A stretch of DNA of 56,867 nucleotides, from NCBI GenBank assembly GCA_048213135.1, contig PS015534.1, positions 1-56,867 on the forward strand. Direction: 5' to 3'. Both the position numbers and the translations under genes were made by a program. The stretch is from Reclinomonas americana ATCC 50394. Taxonomy: Eukaryota. Numbering within the stretch: position 1 is the first letter of the stretch; the number at the start of each line of letters is the position of its first letter. The notes under the pieces were generated by a model. The model was not told the origin of the DNA. It searched no databases and saw nothing but the letters and a program-made list of their open reading frames with translations. This document shows, in pieces, positions 12,757 through 24,147 of this stretch.

Positions 12757-13323
12757 ATGAGTACCGTGCAGCAGCAGCGCTTCCCGTTTGAGATGCAGAA
12801 ACCAGTGTTGCAAGTGGCCTCTCCGTCGGCGGTGGCGGCGGTGGCGGGAGTGGGCCAGCCGTCGCGTTTGCGGATCTTTGGCAATCCGATGCACCCGGCA
12901 CTGGTCGCCTTCCCCGTCGGCCTCTGGCTCTTCTCGCTGGCGTGCGACTACATTGGGCTGGTGAGTGGCGGCAAGGCCGGCACCGGCAGCACGTGGTTCA
13001 CCGTGTCGTACTACAACATGTGGGGCGGCTACATTATGGCGCACTTGGCGGCGGTGCCGGGCCTCGTCGACTGGCTGACGCTGACGCGCGGGCCCACCTT
13101 CCGCCTCGGCCTCTATCACTTTATCCTCAATGCCGTGGCGCTGCTTATGTACACGGCCAATCTGTGGCTGCGATCGGGCAGCACTCCGCGCGACAGCATG
13201 CTCCTGCCGGTGGCGCTGTCGACCACGTCGTGTGTCGGACTGGCCATCTCGGGGTGGATCGGAGGCCGGTTGGTCCACCACCACGCGATCTCGGTGGAGA
13301 ATGTCAAGATTCTCAGTGAGTGA
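12757..13323 (+). CDS. DUF2231-like membrane protein, intronless
   Basis: PMHPALVAFPVGLW...AAVPGLVDW...GLYHFILN...SGWIGGRLVHHH matches the pattern of bacterial DUF2231 proteins; about 4 hydrophobic helices. Confidence 0.8.
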   Translation: MSTVQQQRFPFEMQKPVLQVASPSAVAAVAGVGQPSRLRIFGNPMHPALVAFPVGLWLFSLACDYIGLVSGGKAGTGSTWFTVSYYNMWGGYIMAHLAAVPGLVDWLTLTRGPTFRLGLYHFILNAVALLMYTANLWLRSGSTPRDSMLLPVALSTTSCVGLAISGWIGGRLVHHHAISVENVKILSE

Positions 13324-13433
13324 GTATGAAGAAGAAGAAGGAAAAAGCTTCCCCGAATACAAGCCACGATACGAACCGAGGTGCAATTGGTCGGTTGATC
13401 ATCGTTTACAACTCACTCACACACACACACACC

Positions 13434-14167
13434 ATGGGCGCCAAGTCTTCCACTGTTGCGTTTGCCCTCCGTTTGTTCTCTTGCCGCGCGCACAGTGATG
13501 TGTATTTTGTGCGCTCATGTCGATTCTCCCGCCCATCACACAGCTCAGCGACATTCTCGGCAAGATGGCAGAGTGTGTCATCACGCCGGACCCCGCTCTT
13601 CGCCTCTCCAAGGACGAAGTCGACATTGTGTTTGACAAGGTGGGTGTCAACTGTGTGTGTGCGTGCGCGCGCACATGATGGAGCCCTGATCACATGGTTG
13701 TGCATCCTCGCAGTACGATGAGAACAACAACGGGAAGATCGAGTTCTCTGGTGCGCTCACTCTCCTCTCAGTGTGTATGTGTATGTCTGGCTGAACGCGA
13801 GCTGTGACAGAGCTCAAGAGCTTAATGCTTGACTTGTTGGAGATGGCGCACAAAAAGGCTCAGACGTGTGGCGACGAGGCGCGAGTGGAGTTGCTGGAGC
13901 TGTGGGACTTGAATGGTTCGTGCGCACACTCCTCCTCGTCCTCTCCATGCAGAGGCTGACGATGTGTGACTGGCCATGGCAGAGGAGATTGTCAAGACCG
14001 AGTTCGATTTCATGGACAGCGATGGTGGTGAGCAGTCTCTTTTTCGTCGCCGTCTCCCCGTCTCGTTCTTGCACGATGTGTGACTGACTGTGCACGCAGA
14101 CGGCACCATCTCCAAGGCCGAGTTCGACTCTCACATTCACGAGTTTTACGGCTTGGTTGACGAGTAA
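13434..14167 (+). CDS. N-myristoylated two-EF-hand calcium-binding protein (6 exons)
   Basis: MGAKSS N-terminus. EF loops DENNNGKIEFSE and DSDGDGTISKAE are assembled across GT-AG introns; stop TAA at 14165-14167. Confidence 0.85.
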
Positions 14168-14796
14168 CAGTGACAATGGGAGAGGGAAGGGCCGTCACCG
14201 CCCCCGTCTGCGAGAGTAATTAACAGTAGCAACGCCATTGAATAGCGGTGGCGGCGGCAGCAGCAGCAAGAGGAGGAGGAGGGGAAGGGGGGAGGGATGC
14301 AGGGAGGGATGGGGATACCAATGAATTTCGAACACTGGGAGCTTTTTCTCTTGTCTGTTTTTTTGCATCCTTGACTGTGAGCGCAATGGTTGTCAGTAGA
14401 GTCAGGGACGATCATTTACCGTTGGTCACTCACAATAGAAAGAGGATGGGAAAGCGCAGTTAACGCTGCAGATCTTGATCATGAGCTCGAGAGTGCAAGC
14501 AAAAAAAAGAGAAAGCCCATCATGATTCGAAGGCACTGCAGGAAAAATCACAGGAACGTACCAACGACGCCTGATTGTTGCCTTTGCAACCACACACAAA
14601 AAAAGAGCAACAATGAGGACGTCCTACGTCGCGACAAATTGACCCGCCGCGAGCATCCCGGGAGCGCGCGCAGCGGGCAAACCCCAGCCTTTTCACTTTT
14701 GTCACCGCGCAGTGAACACCTCGTGTGTGTGTGCGTCGAATTCTCTCTCCCTTCCTCTCTCTCTCTTTTCGTGTGTGCGTGCGACATTGAAGAAAC

Positions 14797-14946
14797 ATGG
14801 GCCGCAAGAAGGACAACGACGACGATGACAACAGTGACTTTGACATGAAAGAGCTGTTCAGCTCAGACGAGGACGAGTCTGGAAGCGACTTTGGTGTGCA
14901 CACACTCACACACAAAGAGAGAGAGAGAGACACACGCACATACACA

Positions 14947-15005
<59 letters not shown>

Positions 15006-15911
15006 GCGCGACATGTCGCCAAACTTCCACTCACACACACGCTCTCTCTCTCTCTCACACACACACAGAACCCAACTCCGATCGCGAGAGCCCTGGAGTG
15101 CGTGAGCGCGACGCGGAGGCGCTCGCCTCACTGAAAGCCACCGAGGTGACACCGAAGAAGAAGGCGGGCAAGTCGGCCAAGAAGGCGCCGAGTGCCAAGA
15201 AGGGCGCAGCATCGCCTGGCAAGCGTGGCAAGAAGGCCGTGAAGAGCGACGAAGCCAGTGGAAGCACACCACCCTCAGTGACTGGTGCGTGCACGAGAGG
15301 GAGAGAGAGAGAGAGGAGGGAGAGGGAGAGGGAGAATGCGTGTGTGCATGTGCAGACCGCTGGGGTGCACAGGCACTCCGCAATCAGCGACCACGGAGCG
15401 CTCTGTGGAGGAGGACACGGCGACGGCCATGGCGGTTGACGATGCGGAGGCGGTGGCGAGCAGTGGTCGTGCTGCCAAGCGCAAGGTGGAGTCCGACGAT
15501 GAGGGCGGCGACAGTGGCAGCGACAATGATTTAGCCGCGGATAACGAGTCCGAGGAGGAGGACGAGGAGGATGAGGACGACGACTTTTACGATTCGGATT
15601 CCGACGGTGGCGGCAAGAAGAAGAAGAAGGCGAAGCAGGGCAAGGCCGCGAAGAAGGCCCCGGCAGCGAAGAAGGCTCCGGCGGCCAAGAAGGGTGCGGC
15701 GGTGGTTTGTGATGCACGCTCTCTTGGTGCCTCCACTCACTCCATCTCGTGTTGCAGGCAAGGCCGCCGATGCTGGTGGCGATGAGGAAAAGAGTTGCGT
15801 GCTTTTTCTTCTTCATCAGCCACCACAGACAATGAGTTCACTGTTTTTTTATGTCAACGCAGAGCCGGCGGCCAAGAAGGCGACTGGAGGCAAGGCAGCT
15901 GGTGAGTAGCA

Positions 15912-15965
<54 letters not shown>

Positions 15966-16789
15966 GTTGTGTGACAAGCTTCGCACAGCCGCCTCCACTG
16001 CGACGTCTGCGGCGGGCGGCAAGAAGGCACCGGCTAGTGGCAGGAAGGCCTCGGGTGGCAAGAAGGAGGAGAAGGTCAAGGCGATCACCAACGAGAAGGA
16101 GGGTGCGTTAATGAGTCTGTGGCGTCTGTCTCGTTTGGTGAGCTGACGTGCGGGCGCAGTGGAGAAGCTGCTGCTGGACTACTTGCGCGAGTTGAATCGA
16201 CCATTCAGCGTGCAGCACATTCTCGACGCCCAAAAGGGCGCGGTGAAGAAGCCGCTGCTGACCAAGGTGCTGGAGGCGATGGCCGCCGCCAACAAGATCG
16301 GAGCCAAGGACGGATCCGGCAAGCAGCGCATCTACTTTGCCGACCAGGATCAGTTCCCGGTTCTCAACGAGGCCGAACTCGCCGAGCTCGACGCCAAGAT
16401 CGAGGACGCCAAGGCGCAGGATGAAGCCGTCACCGCCGAGCGCAATGCACTCGCCAGCGACGTGAAGCGCCTGGAGTCGGAGCCAACGGAGGCCGAGCTG
16501 GACAAGCAGTTGACGCAAATGGAGCAGGAGGTGAGGGGACGGCTTGTGCTGCAAATTGCGCGTGATGTTGGTCTTCATTGAGGATGTTGCGCCACAGAAT
16601 GTTCGCCTGTCGGAGAAGCTGGCGCTGCTGAGCAATGGTGCCGTGCTGGTGTCGGCCGAGGATCGAGAAAAGGCGGTGAAGATGTACGAAAAGTACCGAG
16701 TTGCGTGGCTGCTGTCAGCGAAATAGTGTTGTTGTTGGTGGTGGTGGTGAGTTGACACTGTCGATGGTGCTTGCAGCGCGAGTGGCGAA
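14797..16789 (+). CDS. HOP2: HOP2/TBPIP homologous-pairing protein with a long acidic and Lys/Ala-rich N-terminal extension; 3' end lost at a gap
   Basis: Winged helix LLDYLRELNRPFSVQHILD...KPLLTKVLE...GKQRIYFADQ, coiled coil with EPTEAEL, and YEKYR|REWR. Confidence 0.85.
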
Positions 16790-16826
16790 NNNNNNNNNNN
16801 NNNNNNNNNAGATGAGAGAGTGCTTC

Positions 16827-16869
<43 letters not shown>

Positions 16870-17080
16870 TGAGTGAGAGCGACACAAGAGTGAGCGAGTG
16901 AGAGAGGTTGACTGCAAACGTCAGAGACTGAGGAATGCACACTGATCACGTTCTCCTTCTCCTTCTCTCGCACACACACATACGCAGGCACTCATGAGGA
17001 TGCACTCACATGCGATGAAGGCGAAAACTGTAAATTTGTGTGTGCGGGACCGAAGTGACTTCAAAGCCTTTCTGTAAATT

Positions 17081-17750
17081 GAGGGGAAGCTTGTTGGCCA
17101 TGGCAGACGCGGCGCACTGAAATGAATCGCTGCTTCGCAAGAGACGGCTCACACTAGAGAACGGTGGCCGATAGAGCTGCAAGCAGCAGTGCTTGTACGC
17201 CATTCACTCATCGACACGAGTTAATGATCCACGTCCACCCACCCAGATCGCATGGAGGGGAAGCTGCTTGGCCATGGCAGACGCGGTGCACTGAACTGAG
17301 TAGCTGCTTCGCAAGAGATGGCTCACACAAGAGAAGGGCGATCGATGCAGCCTTGCAAGCAGTTGTCATGGACTTCAAGCTAATGATCCACGTCCATCCA
17401 TCCAGATCGCCCACACAAGAGAAGAATGCACAGCTGCGCATGATGGCGCAAACGCCTGTGTCCAGTGGGCCTTCCATTCATCGACTCGACAAGACCGCGG
17501 GTTGATGCAAAACGAGACAACGATCCACGTCCACTTACCCCGATCGCTCACAAGAGAAGAGCGCGCGGCTGCTCCGAAAGGCACGTGCTCATACCACTGC
17601 CAGTGGTCATACGCCTTCCATTCATCGACTCGAAAAGACCGCGGGTTGATGTCCACTTACCCCGATCGCTCACCCAAGAGAAGAGCGCACGGATGGACCG
17701 CTGCCTGTGATCATCCACCTCCCCATCCACTCACCCAGATCAAGCGCGAA
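17081..17750. repeat. Degenerate modular tandem repeat (period ~145-175 bp)
   Basis: GAGGGGAAGC...TTGGCCATGGCAGACGCGG...GCTTCGCAAGAGA x2; TCCACYYACCCMGATC-like core x5; CAAGAGAAG-like x5; CCTTCCATTCATCGACTCGA.AAGACCGCGGGTTGATG x2. Confidence 0.8.
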
Positions 17751-17869
17751 GGAAGCAGTCGCGAAGGATAAACCATCGCCCGTGCCCTCCTGATCCAACC
17801 ATTCTCTACATTGTCTGGCAAGTCTCGCCACCATAACTCGCTCCCTGTGCCACAAACGCGCGCACGGTC

Positions 17870-18194
17870 TCATGCACTTCCGGCGGCCGCCGCACCTTTC
17901 GGTTCGTGTGCAAACACGTACATCTTAGAGATGTAGATACCGGAGCCGCCAAAGTTGTCGGTCTATTGTTTTGCGTGTGAGAGACGGCTGCGAGGCACAG
18001 GAGAGAGACGGATCATCGCACCACTTCAAACTTGACAAACTGGCCAGTGACCAGTGCCGGCAACGACCACAAGTGATCGCCAGCACGATGCTCCAGCTCC
18101 TCATCGACCACCACCTGATAGTCTCCATCCGAAGCCGCGGCAATCGAGATGATCAGATCTGCAGAAGAGTACATAAGGCTGCACATCAACAGAC

Positions 18195-18273
<79 letters not shown>

Positions 18274-19126
18274 CGNNNNNNNNNNNNNNNNNNNNNNNNN
18301 NNNNNNNNNNNNNNNNNNNNNNNNNNNNNNNNNNNNNNNNNNNNNNNNNNNNNNNNNNNNNNNNNNNNNNNNNNNNNNNNNNNNNNNNNNNNNNNNNNNN
18401 NNNNNNNNNNNNNNNNNNNNNNNNNNNNNNNNNNNNNNNNNNNNNNNNNNNNNNNNNNNNNNNNNNNNNNNNNNNNNNNNNNNNNNNNNNNNNNNNNNNN
18501 NNNNNNNNNNNNNNNNNNNNNNNNNNNNNNNNNNNNNNNNNNNNNNNNNNNNNNNNNNNNNNNNNNNNNNNNNNNNNNNNNNNNNNNNNNNNNNNNNNNN
18601 NNNNNNNNNNNNNNNNNNNNNNNNNNNNNNNNNNNNNNNNNNNNNNNNNNNNNNNNNNNNNNNNNNNNNNNNNNNNNNNNNNNNNNNNNNNNNNNNNNNN
18701 NNNNNNNNNNNNNNNNNNNNNNNNNNNNNNNNNNNNNNNNNNNNNNNNNNNNNNNNNNNNNNNNNNNNNNNNNNNNNNNNNNNNNNNNNNNNNNNNNNNN
18801 NNNNNNNNNNNNNNNNNNNNNNNNNNNNNNNNNNNNNNNNNNNNNNNNNNNNNNNNNNNNNNNNNNNNNNNNNNNNNNNNNNNNNNNNNNNNNNNNNNNN
18901 NNNNNNNNNNNNNNNNNNNNNNNNNNNNNNNNNNNNNNNNNNNNNNNNNNNNNNNNNNNNNNNNNNNNNNNNNNNNNNNNNNNNNNNNNNNNNNACTGAG
19001 AGAGAGAGAGAGTCCAGTTGCGAGAGAGCGCGCGCGAAACTATTGACTGGTGAAATGGTGAATCGAGGCTCCGTTCTCCTCCAGAGTGAGGTTGCGCATC
19101 TCGAAAGGGACGCTGGTGGCTGCCAT
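17870..19126 (-). CDS. Small galactose-binding-like (discoidin/F5-8C or HSPB11/IFT25-like fold) protein; middle part falls in a gap
   Basis: Exon 1 MAATSVPFEMRNLTLEENGASIHHFTSQ (donor 19040). After the gap: DLIISIAAASDGDYQVVVDEELEHRAGDHLWSLPALVTGQFVKFEV|TDNFGGSGIYISKMYVFA...*. Confidence 0.5.
18196..18271. repeat. (CA)n microsatellite abutting an assembly gap; similar tracts at ~34866-34936, ~35926-35995, ~46411-46462
   Basis: Directly visible. Confidence 0.95.
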
Positions 19127-19637
19127 CTCTGTCGACAATGTGGCTTGCGATCTGGCGTAGAGTGATATGAGGTGTGCAGGACACGACTCTCAATGAGTTG
19201 TCCCTCTCTCGCCCCTTCCTGTGACGCTGCGGCACTGCGCTTGTGGGTCGTAGACTGGAGGATGTAGAGTGCGCGAAGCAGGCGAGCACAAGCAGCTTTC
19301 GTTGCAACGTCGACGTCGCGATCGAGCTCGACGTTTGTTGCAAAAATGGCTTGAGCTGTGCTACTGCATCGTCTCATGCACATCCCCCGTCGCCTGTCGA
19401 TGCCAGCACTCTCACGGTGGGACGGGGCGGGGCGCGGGTGGGGCAGATGGATCAGCGCTAAATTTGGCCATATATATGGACCAAAATCGACCCCGATTTC
19501 GATCGCGCGCACTGCAGGCAACGGCGGCCGTGATGCCTTTGAGACACTTGCGCGCGACATGGCGAGCACGCACAGCGAGAGACAGTGACAAGTTCGCGAC
19601 AATCGTGACAAGATTGACAGGATTTTCGCGCCCACTG

Positions 19638-19643
19638 TATAAA
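19638..19643 (+). promoter_or_regulatory. Putative TATA box of the RBR ligase gene
   Basis: TATAAA about 75 nt upstream of ATG 19715; the motif is rare in this GC-rich window. Confidence 0.4.
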
Positions 19644-19714
19644 CGTCGAGTGTGCGTCCATTTTGCATTCACATTCCCCCTGCGCGCGCCCCCTGATCCC
19701 CTTCTTTCCCAACC

Positions 19715-21203
19715 ATGAGTATTGTCGAGCAACGAGCATGCGCCGTGTGCGCCAAGTCGCGCTCTCTACCCTCCTTCCAGCTCGCGTGTCAGGGTCGCTG
19801 TGCACACGACGCCGACACGTGCAGCAAGTGCATGGCGCAGCACTTCATCGCCAACGCGCAAGACGTGGAGACAGGCCGCGCCCGCTGCCCCTCTCTCGGC
19901 TGCCTCCAGCAGCTCGACGTGCACGACGTGAACCGCCTGCTGGGCAAGGCGGCTGCCGATCGGTACAGTGCCGCACTGCTGCAGCGAGCGCTGGATCTCG
20001 ACCCGACAGTGGTGCGATGCGCGGGACCCGATTGCGAGTATGCGGCCATTGTGCCGGATCGCGATCGCGCGTGTGCGCCGGCCGCGGCGGCAATGCAGTG
20101 CGAGCGTTGTCACACGCGCACCTGTGTGGTGCACCGCGCCGCCGTGCCGTGTGGCGAGTGTGCGACCGCGGCAGCTGGTGGCTCGAGCTCCGGATCCAGC
20201 TCGGAGCACGTTNNNNNNNNNNNNNNNNNNNNNNNNNNNNNNNNNNNNNNNNNNNNNNNNNNNNNNNNNNNNNNNNNNNNNNNNNNNNNNNNNNNNNNNN
20301 NNNNNNNNNNNNNNNNNNNNNNNNNNNNNNNNNNNNNNNNNNNNNNNNNNNNNNNNNNNNNNNNNNNNNNNNNNNNNNNNNNNNNNNNNNNNNNNNNNNN
20401 NNNNNNNNNNNNNNNNNNNNNNNNNNNNNNNNNNNNNNNNNNNNNNNNNNNNNNNNNNNNATTGATGCCACCACCAAGCAGTGCCCGGGATGCCGTGTGC
20501 GGATCGAGAAGAACGCCGGATGCAAGCACATGACGTGCACGCAGTGCCATCGCGAGTTCTGCTGGGTGTGTCTCGGTGCGTGGCCCGGCGCGCACGGTGC
20601 CTGTCACGAGCCAGCTGCTGCTGCTGGTCCTGTGCGTTTCGCCGCTGCTGCGCCTGTTGTCCGGGCGGAGGCGCCGCGTGCCCTCGCACCACGTGCTGCG
20701 CCGGTTGCTGTGCAGCCACGCGCACGCATCGTCTCTGCCGACGAGCGACGCCGGATCGCCGACATTATCGCCACTTACTCGCCCTCCAACTACTTCCATG
20801 TGGGNNNNNNNNNNNNNNNNNNNNNNNNNNNNNNNNNNNNNNNNNNNNNNNNNNNNNNNNNNNNNNNNNNNNNNNNNNNNNNNNNNNNNNNNNNNNNNNN
20901 NNNNNNNNNNNNNNNNNNNNNNNNNNNNNNNNNNNNNNNNNNNNNNNNNNNNNNNNNNNNNNNNNNNNNNNNNNNNNNNNNNNNNNNNNNNNNNNNNNNN
21001 NNNNNNNNNNTGAGCGCCGGTTCATCTTTGGTCTGTTGCGTCGTCTGTGCGCCGCGGATGCGGAGAACCGGGTGCTGCCGGCAGCCACCAAGCAGCAACT
21101 GCAGAACATCATGGACGAGTACGACGGCAGCCGGTACTTCCATGTCGGCCCGCGCCGGCAGATGTTTGCCGCGGTCAACACATTGGTGGATGCCGTGGCG
21201 TGA
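19715..21203 (+). CDS. RBR (RING1-IBR-RING2) E3 ubiquitin ligase, Ariadne/RNF144-like; interrupted by 2 gaps
   Basis: RING1 CAVC...[11 protein letters not shown]...RCPSLGC; IBR RCAGPDC...[16 protein letters not shown]2 [34 protein letters not shown]. Confidence 0.9.
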
Positions 21204-21904
21204 TGATGAGCGGGTATGCTGTTCTCCCGCCCGCTGCTGCTAGCGCTGCTGGTGTGCGCGGTGTGTGTGGGAACACGCAAGTGAGGATTGTTTTTGTAGT
21301 AGCAGATCGTAATAATATAGAGCATGTGATGTACAAGAAACTGCAGATATCGAAGGTGGTGGAGGGAGAGGGAGGGAGGGAGAGAGAGGATGTGGGAGGT
21401 GCACAGGCTGTGGGAGAGGAGAGACGGAGAGGCTCGTCACAAACTCCGAGTTACAGTTGTCGATATATCGGCACTGCGCGCTTTTGCGCTCTCCCCCTCT
21501 CTCTCCGTCTACAAATTCCGCTCTTTCCCACGCAGCGACATAGCAAAGCACACACTCTCTCTCCCTCTCTCCCCTCCTCTCCTCTGCGCTGCGCCGCCTT
21601 TCGGCGCGCTGTTGCATCTTTTTCTGGACAGCTTTTTTAGCGGATTTGTCTTTCTTGTTCCTCACCGCACAAACGACGACGACAGCGAGAGAGCGAGAGC
21701 AAGAGTAGGACTGCACCTCGTCTCTCTTTGACCACTCTGCTCCGCTGCCGTTTTGATCCCACACTCTCCGTGCGCTCTCCTCGCCTGCGCGCGATCGGTC
21801 GGAAAACAAAGTACTTCTTGTTTTGGTGGTGCTTGCGTCATCGTCGCTTTCTTTCTGGTATCCCTCGGGGCATATCCCTCTCTCTGTCTCCCCATTGCAT
21901 CATC

Positions 21905-22203
21905 ATGTTGGTGGAGGTCACCGACGAGGTGCACTTCGACATCACCTCCATTGTGGAGCTTGCAGGTGTGCGCGTGGAGCTACAGTGTGGTGGCGATGAC
22001 GAACGCATTGGTCATATGCATGTACCATCACAGGCCTCCACGGTCACAACACACTCCGCACCATCGCGACAGCACAATCGGCAACTCTTTCCGAACCCAC
22101 CGGTTTCACATCCTCCTCCATCGTCATCACACCTGGCGGTGACGCGGTTGGCCGCACGATCAATCCAAAGGTGTCGGAGGACATTGAGAGTGCGCTGAGC
22201 TGA
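21905..22203 (+). CDS. Candidate two-exon 76-aa microprotein
   Basis: MLVEVTDEVHFDITSIVELAG, then a 68-nt GT-AG intron (21966-22033), then LHGHNTLRTIA...KVSEDIESALS*; the frame is restored by splicing. Confidence 0.5.
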
Positions 22204-22972
22204 GCACTTGGTGTTGCACCTTACGTATACCATGCATGTGATCATGAATGAGTGTAAAGATTTTAAATTTGCTGCCTTTTTATCACTTCTTGAGACCGGT
22301 ACCGGTGGTGCGCGCTGGTTCGGCGTGTGACGGCCCTTAGAGAGTGCATACAATGCACAAGCGTAGTTTGGCAGTTTCGCCACCGCATGATCGAGTTGTC
22401 CGTCCTGCATGCTCATCAATATTCNNNNNNNNNNNNNNNNNNNNNNNNNNNNNNNNNNNNNNNNNNNNNNNNNNNNNNNNNNNNNNNNNNNNNNNNNNNN
22501 NNNNNNNNNNNNNNNNNNNNNNNNNNNNNNNNNNNNNNNNNNNNNNNNNNNNNNNNNNNNNNNNNNNNNNNNNNNNNNNNNNNNNNNNNNNNNNNNNNNN
22601 NNNNNNNNNNNNNNNNNNNNNNNNNNNNNNNNNNNNNNNNNNNNNNNNNNNNNNNNNNNNNNNNNNNNNNNNNNNNNNNNNNNNNNNNNNNNNNNNNNNN
22701 NNNNNNNNNNNNNNNNNNNNNNNNNNNNNNNNNNNNNNNNNNNNNNNNNNNNNNNNNNNNNNNNNNNNNNNNNNNNNNNNNNNNNNNNNNNNNNNNNNNN
22801 NNNNNNNNNNNNNNNNNNNNNNNNNNNNNNNNNNNNNNNNNNNNNNNNNNNNNNNNNNNNNNNNNNNNNNNNNNNNNNNNNNNNNNNNNNNNNNNNNNNN
22901 NNNNNNNNNNNNNNNNNNNNNNNNNNNNNNNNNNNNNNNNNNNNNNNNNNNNNNNNNNNNNNNNNNNNNNNN

Positions 22973-23930
22973 TTGGAGAGGACAACGCAGCATTTGCTCG
23001 GCGACGTGCTGCCTCGTTTCGCGGCGACGCATTCGCTGCCGTCGGTGGTGGACTTTGTCGCGGATCGCCTGCGGGCGGTGCGCTTCGATCTCCGCATCCA
23101 GCAGCATGCCTCGACGGAGAGCCTGAACATGCTGCAGCGCATGATTCGCTTCTGTGCGTCCAGGCTCTCCCCCGCCTCCCTCTCCTTCTATCTCTTCATC
23201 GCACTCATCGTCGTCGTCGTCTGGTAGATATTGTGGTCGAGTACCTGCTGTGCGAGGAGTCGGAGGCGGCATTCTCGTCGCACCACAACACGCGACAGTT
23301 GACCGATGCACTCGTGTCGTATCGGCAGCAGTGTTGCGTCTGGTGCATCTTTCCTTTGCAGCACTGCCTCCTCACCGCCCTCGACCAGGCCGACAACTGA
23401 GTCGCGACGAGAGCGCACACATTGTCGCCCTGCGTCTGCTGCTCGACCTCTCATCTCCGTTGCACGGTTCGTTGTTGGCGCTGCAACTGGCCAGGTCGTC
23501 GCCGCGGGTGGCATTCGCTGTGCGTGCTGGAAGAGCGTATCGTGCCCGCGACTATGTCGGCTTCTTTCGCCTGTTGCAAGGCGCGTCGCCCGAGTTGATT
23601 GTCGAGTGGTGTGCGCTGCATCGCCATGTCGCAGCGATGCGTCAACGTGCCATTCACGTCGTGGTGCGTGCATATCGGCCGACCAAGTTCTCCCTGGGCA
23701 CGCTGGCCACTCTCTTGCTGTGGAACTGTGAGGAGCTGGAGATTGTGCTGGCCGCTGGGCGCGTCAAGCTGGCACCAGGCACCAACGGAGCCGTGCTGCT
23801 CGATCTGGCAGCGCCGATTCCTGCCGATGCCGTGCTGGCGGTTCCACACCGCCGCCTCGCCGACTCCTTGTGGGATGCTGTTCGATGCGGACGGCCGCTG
23901 GAGGTTGTGGTCGCCGAGTCTGTGGATTAA
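22973..23930 (+). CDS. SAC3/GANP-family PCI-domain protein (SAC3D1-like); N-terminus in a gap
   Basis: LERTTQHLL...DFVADRLRAVRFDLRIQ...QRMIRF; RDYVGFFRL; MRQRAIHVVVRAY. Two GT-AG introns. Confidence 0.85.
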
Positions 23931-24147
23931 CATGTGGGCGATGCCGTTGTGCGCACACGCACGGACATGCCACTAGCGCTGGCCGCATCTCCCTGGTGCC
24001 GGCCGACACAAGAGCGGCGCAGGATTGGTACCTACTGCGCATCGTCGTACGCGACACTCCTCGTGAAATAAAAGTGTGTCACGCAACACTTCTTTTCTTC
24101 ATGTTGCATCGTCCGTCTCCTGTCTCTCTCTTTCTCTCCCCAACAAC

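Noticed and set aside
13953-13982. Apparent in-frame TGA in the EF-hand gene (selenocysteine or readthrough?)
   Set aside because: Using the downstream acceptor at 13982 gives a typical 67-nt intron with a CTGAC branch-like motif and removes the TGA. No SECIS was recognised.
16810-17059. Possible terminal exon (THEDALTCDEGENCKFVCAGPK*) after the HOP2 gap
   Set aside because: It does not resemble a HOP2 C-terminus and cannot be linked across the gap.
17081-17750. CRISPR-like repeat/spacer appearance
   Set aside because: The repeats are degenerate, the spacers are themselves duplicated and irregular, there are no cas genes, and the context is eukaryotic.
19130-19668. Long minus-strand ORF between the divergent genes
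   Set aside because: No recognisable motifs. Long spurious ORFs are common at this GC content, and the region is likely promoter or UTR.
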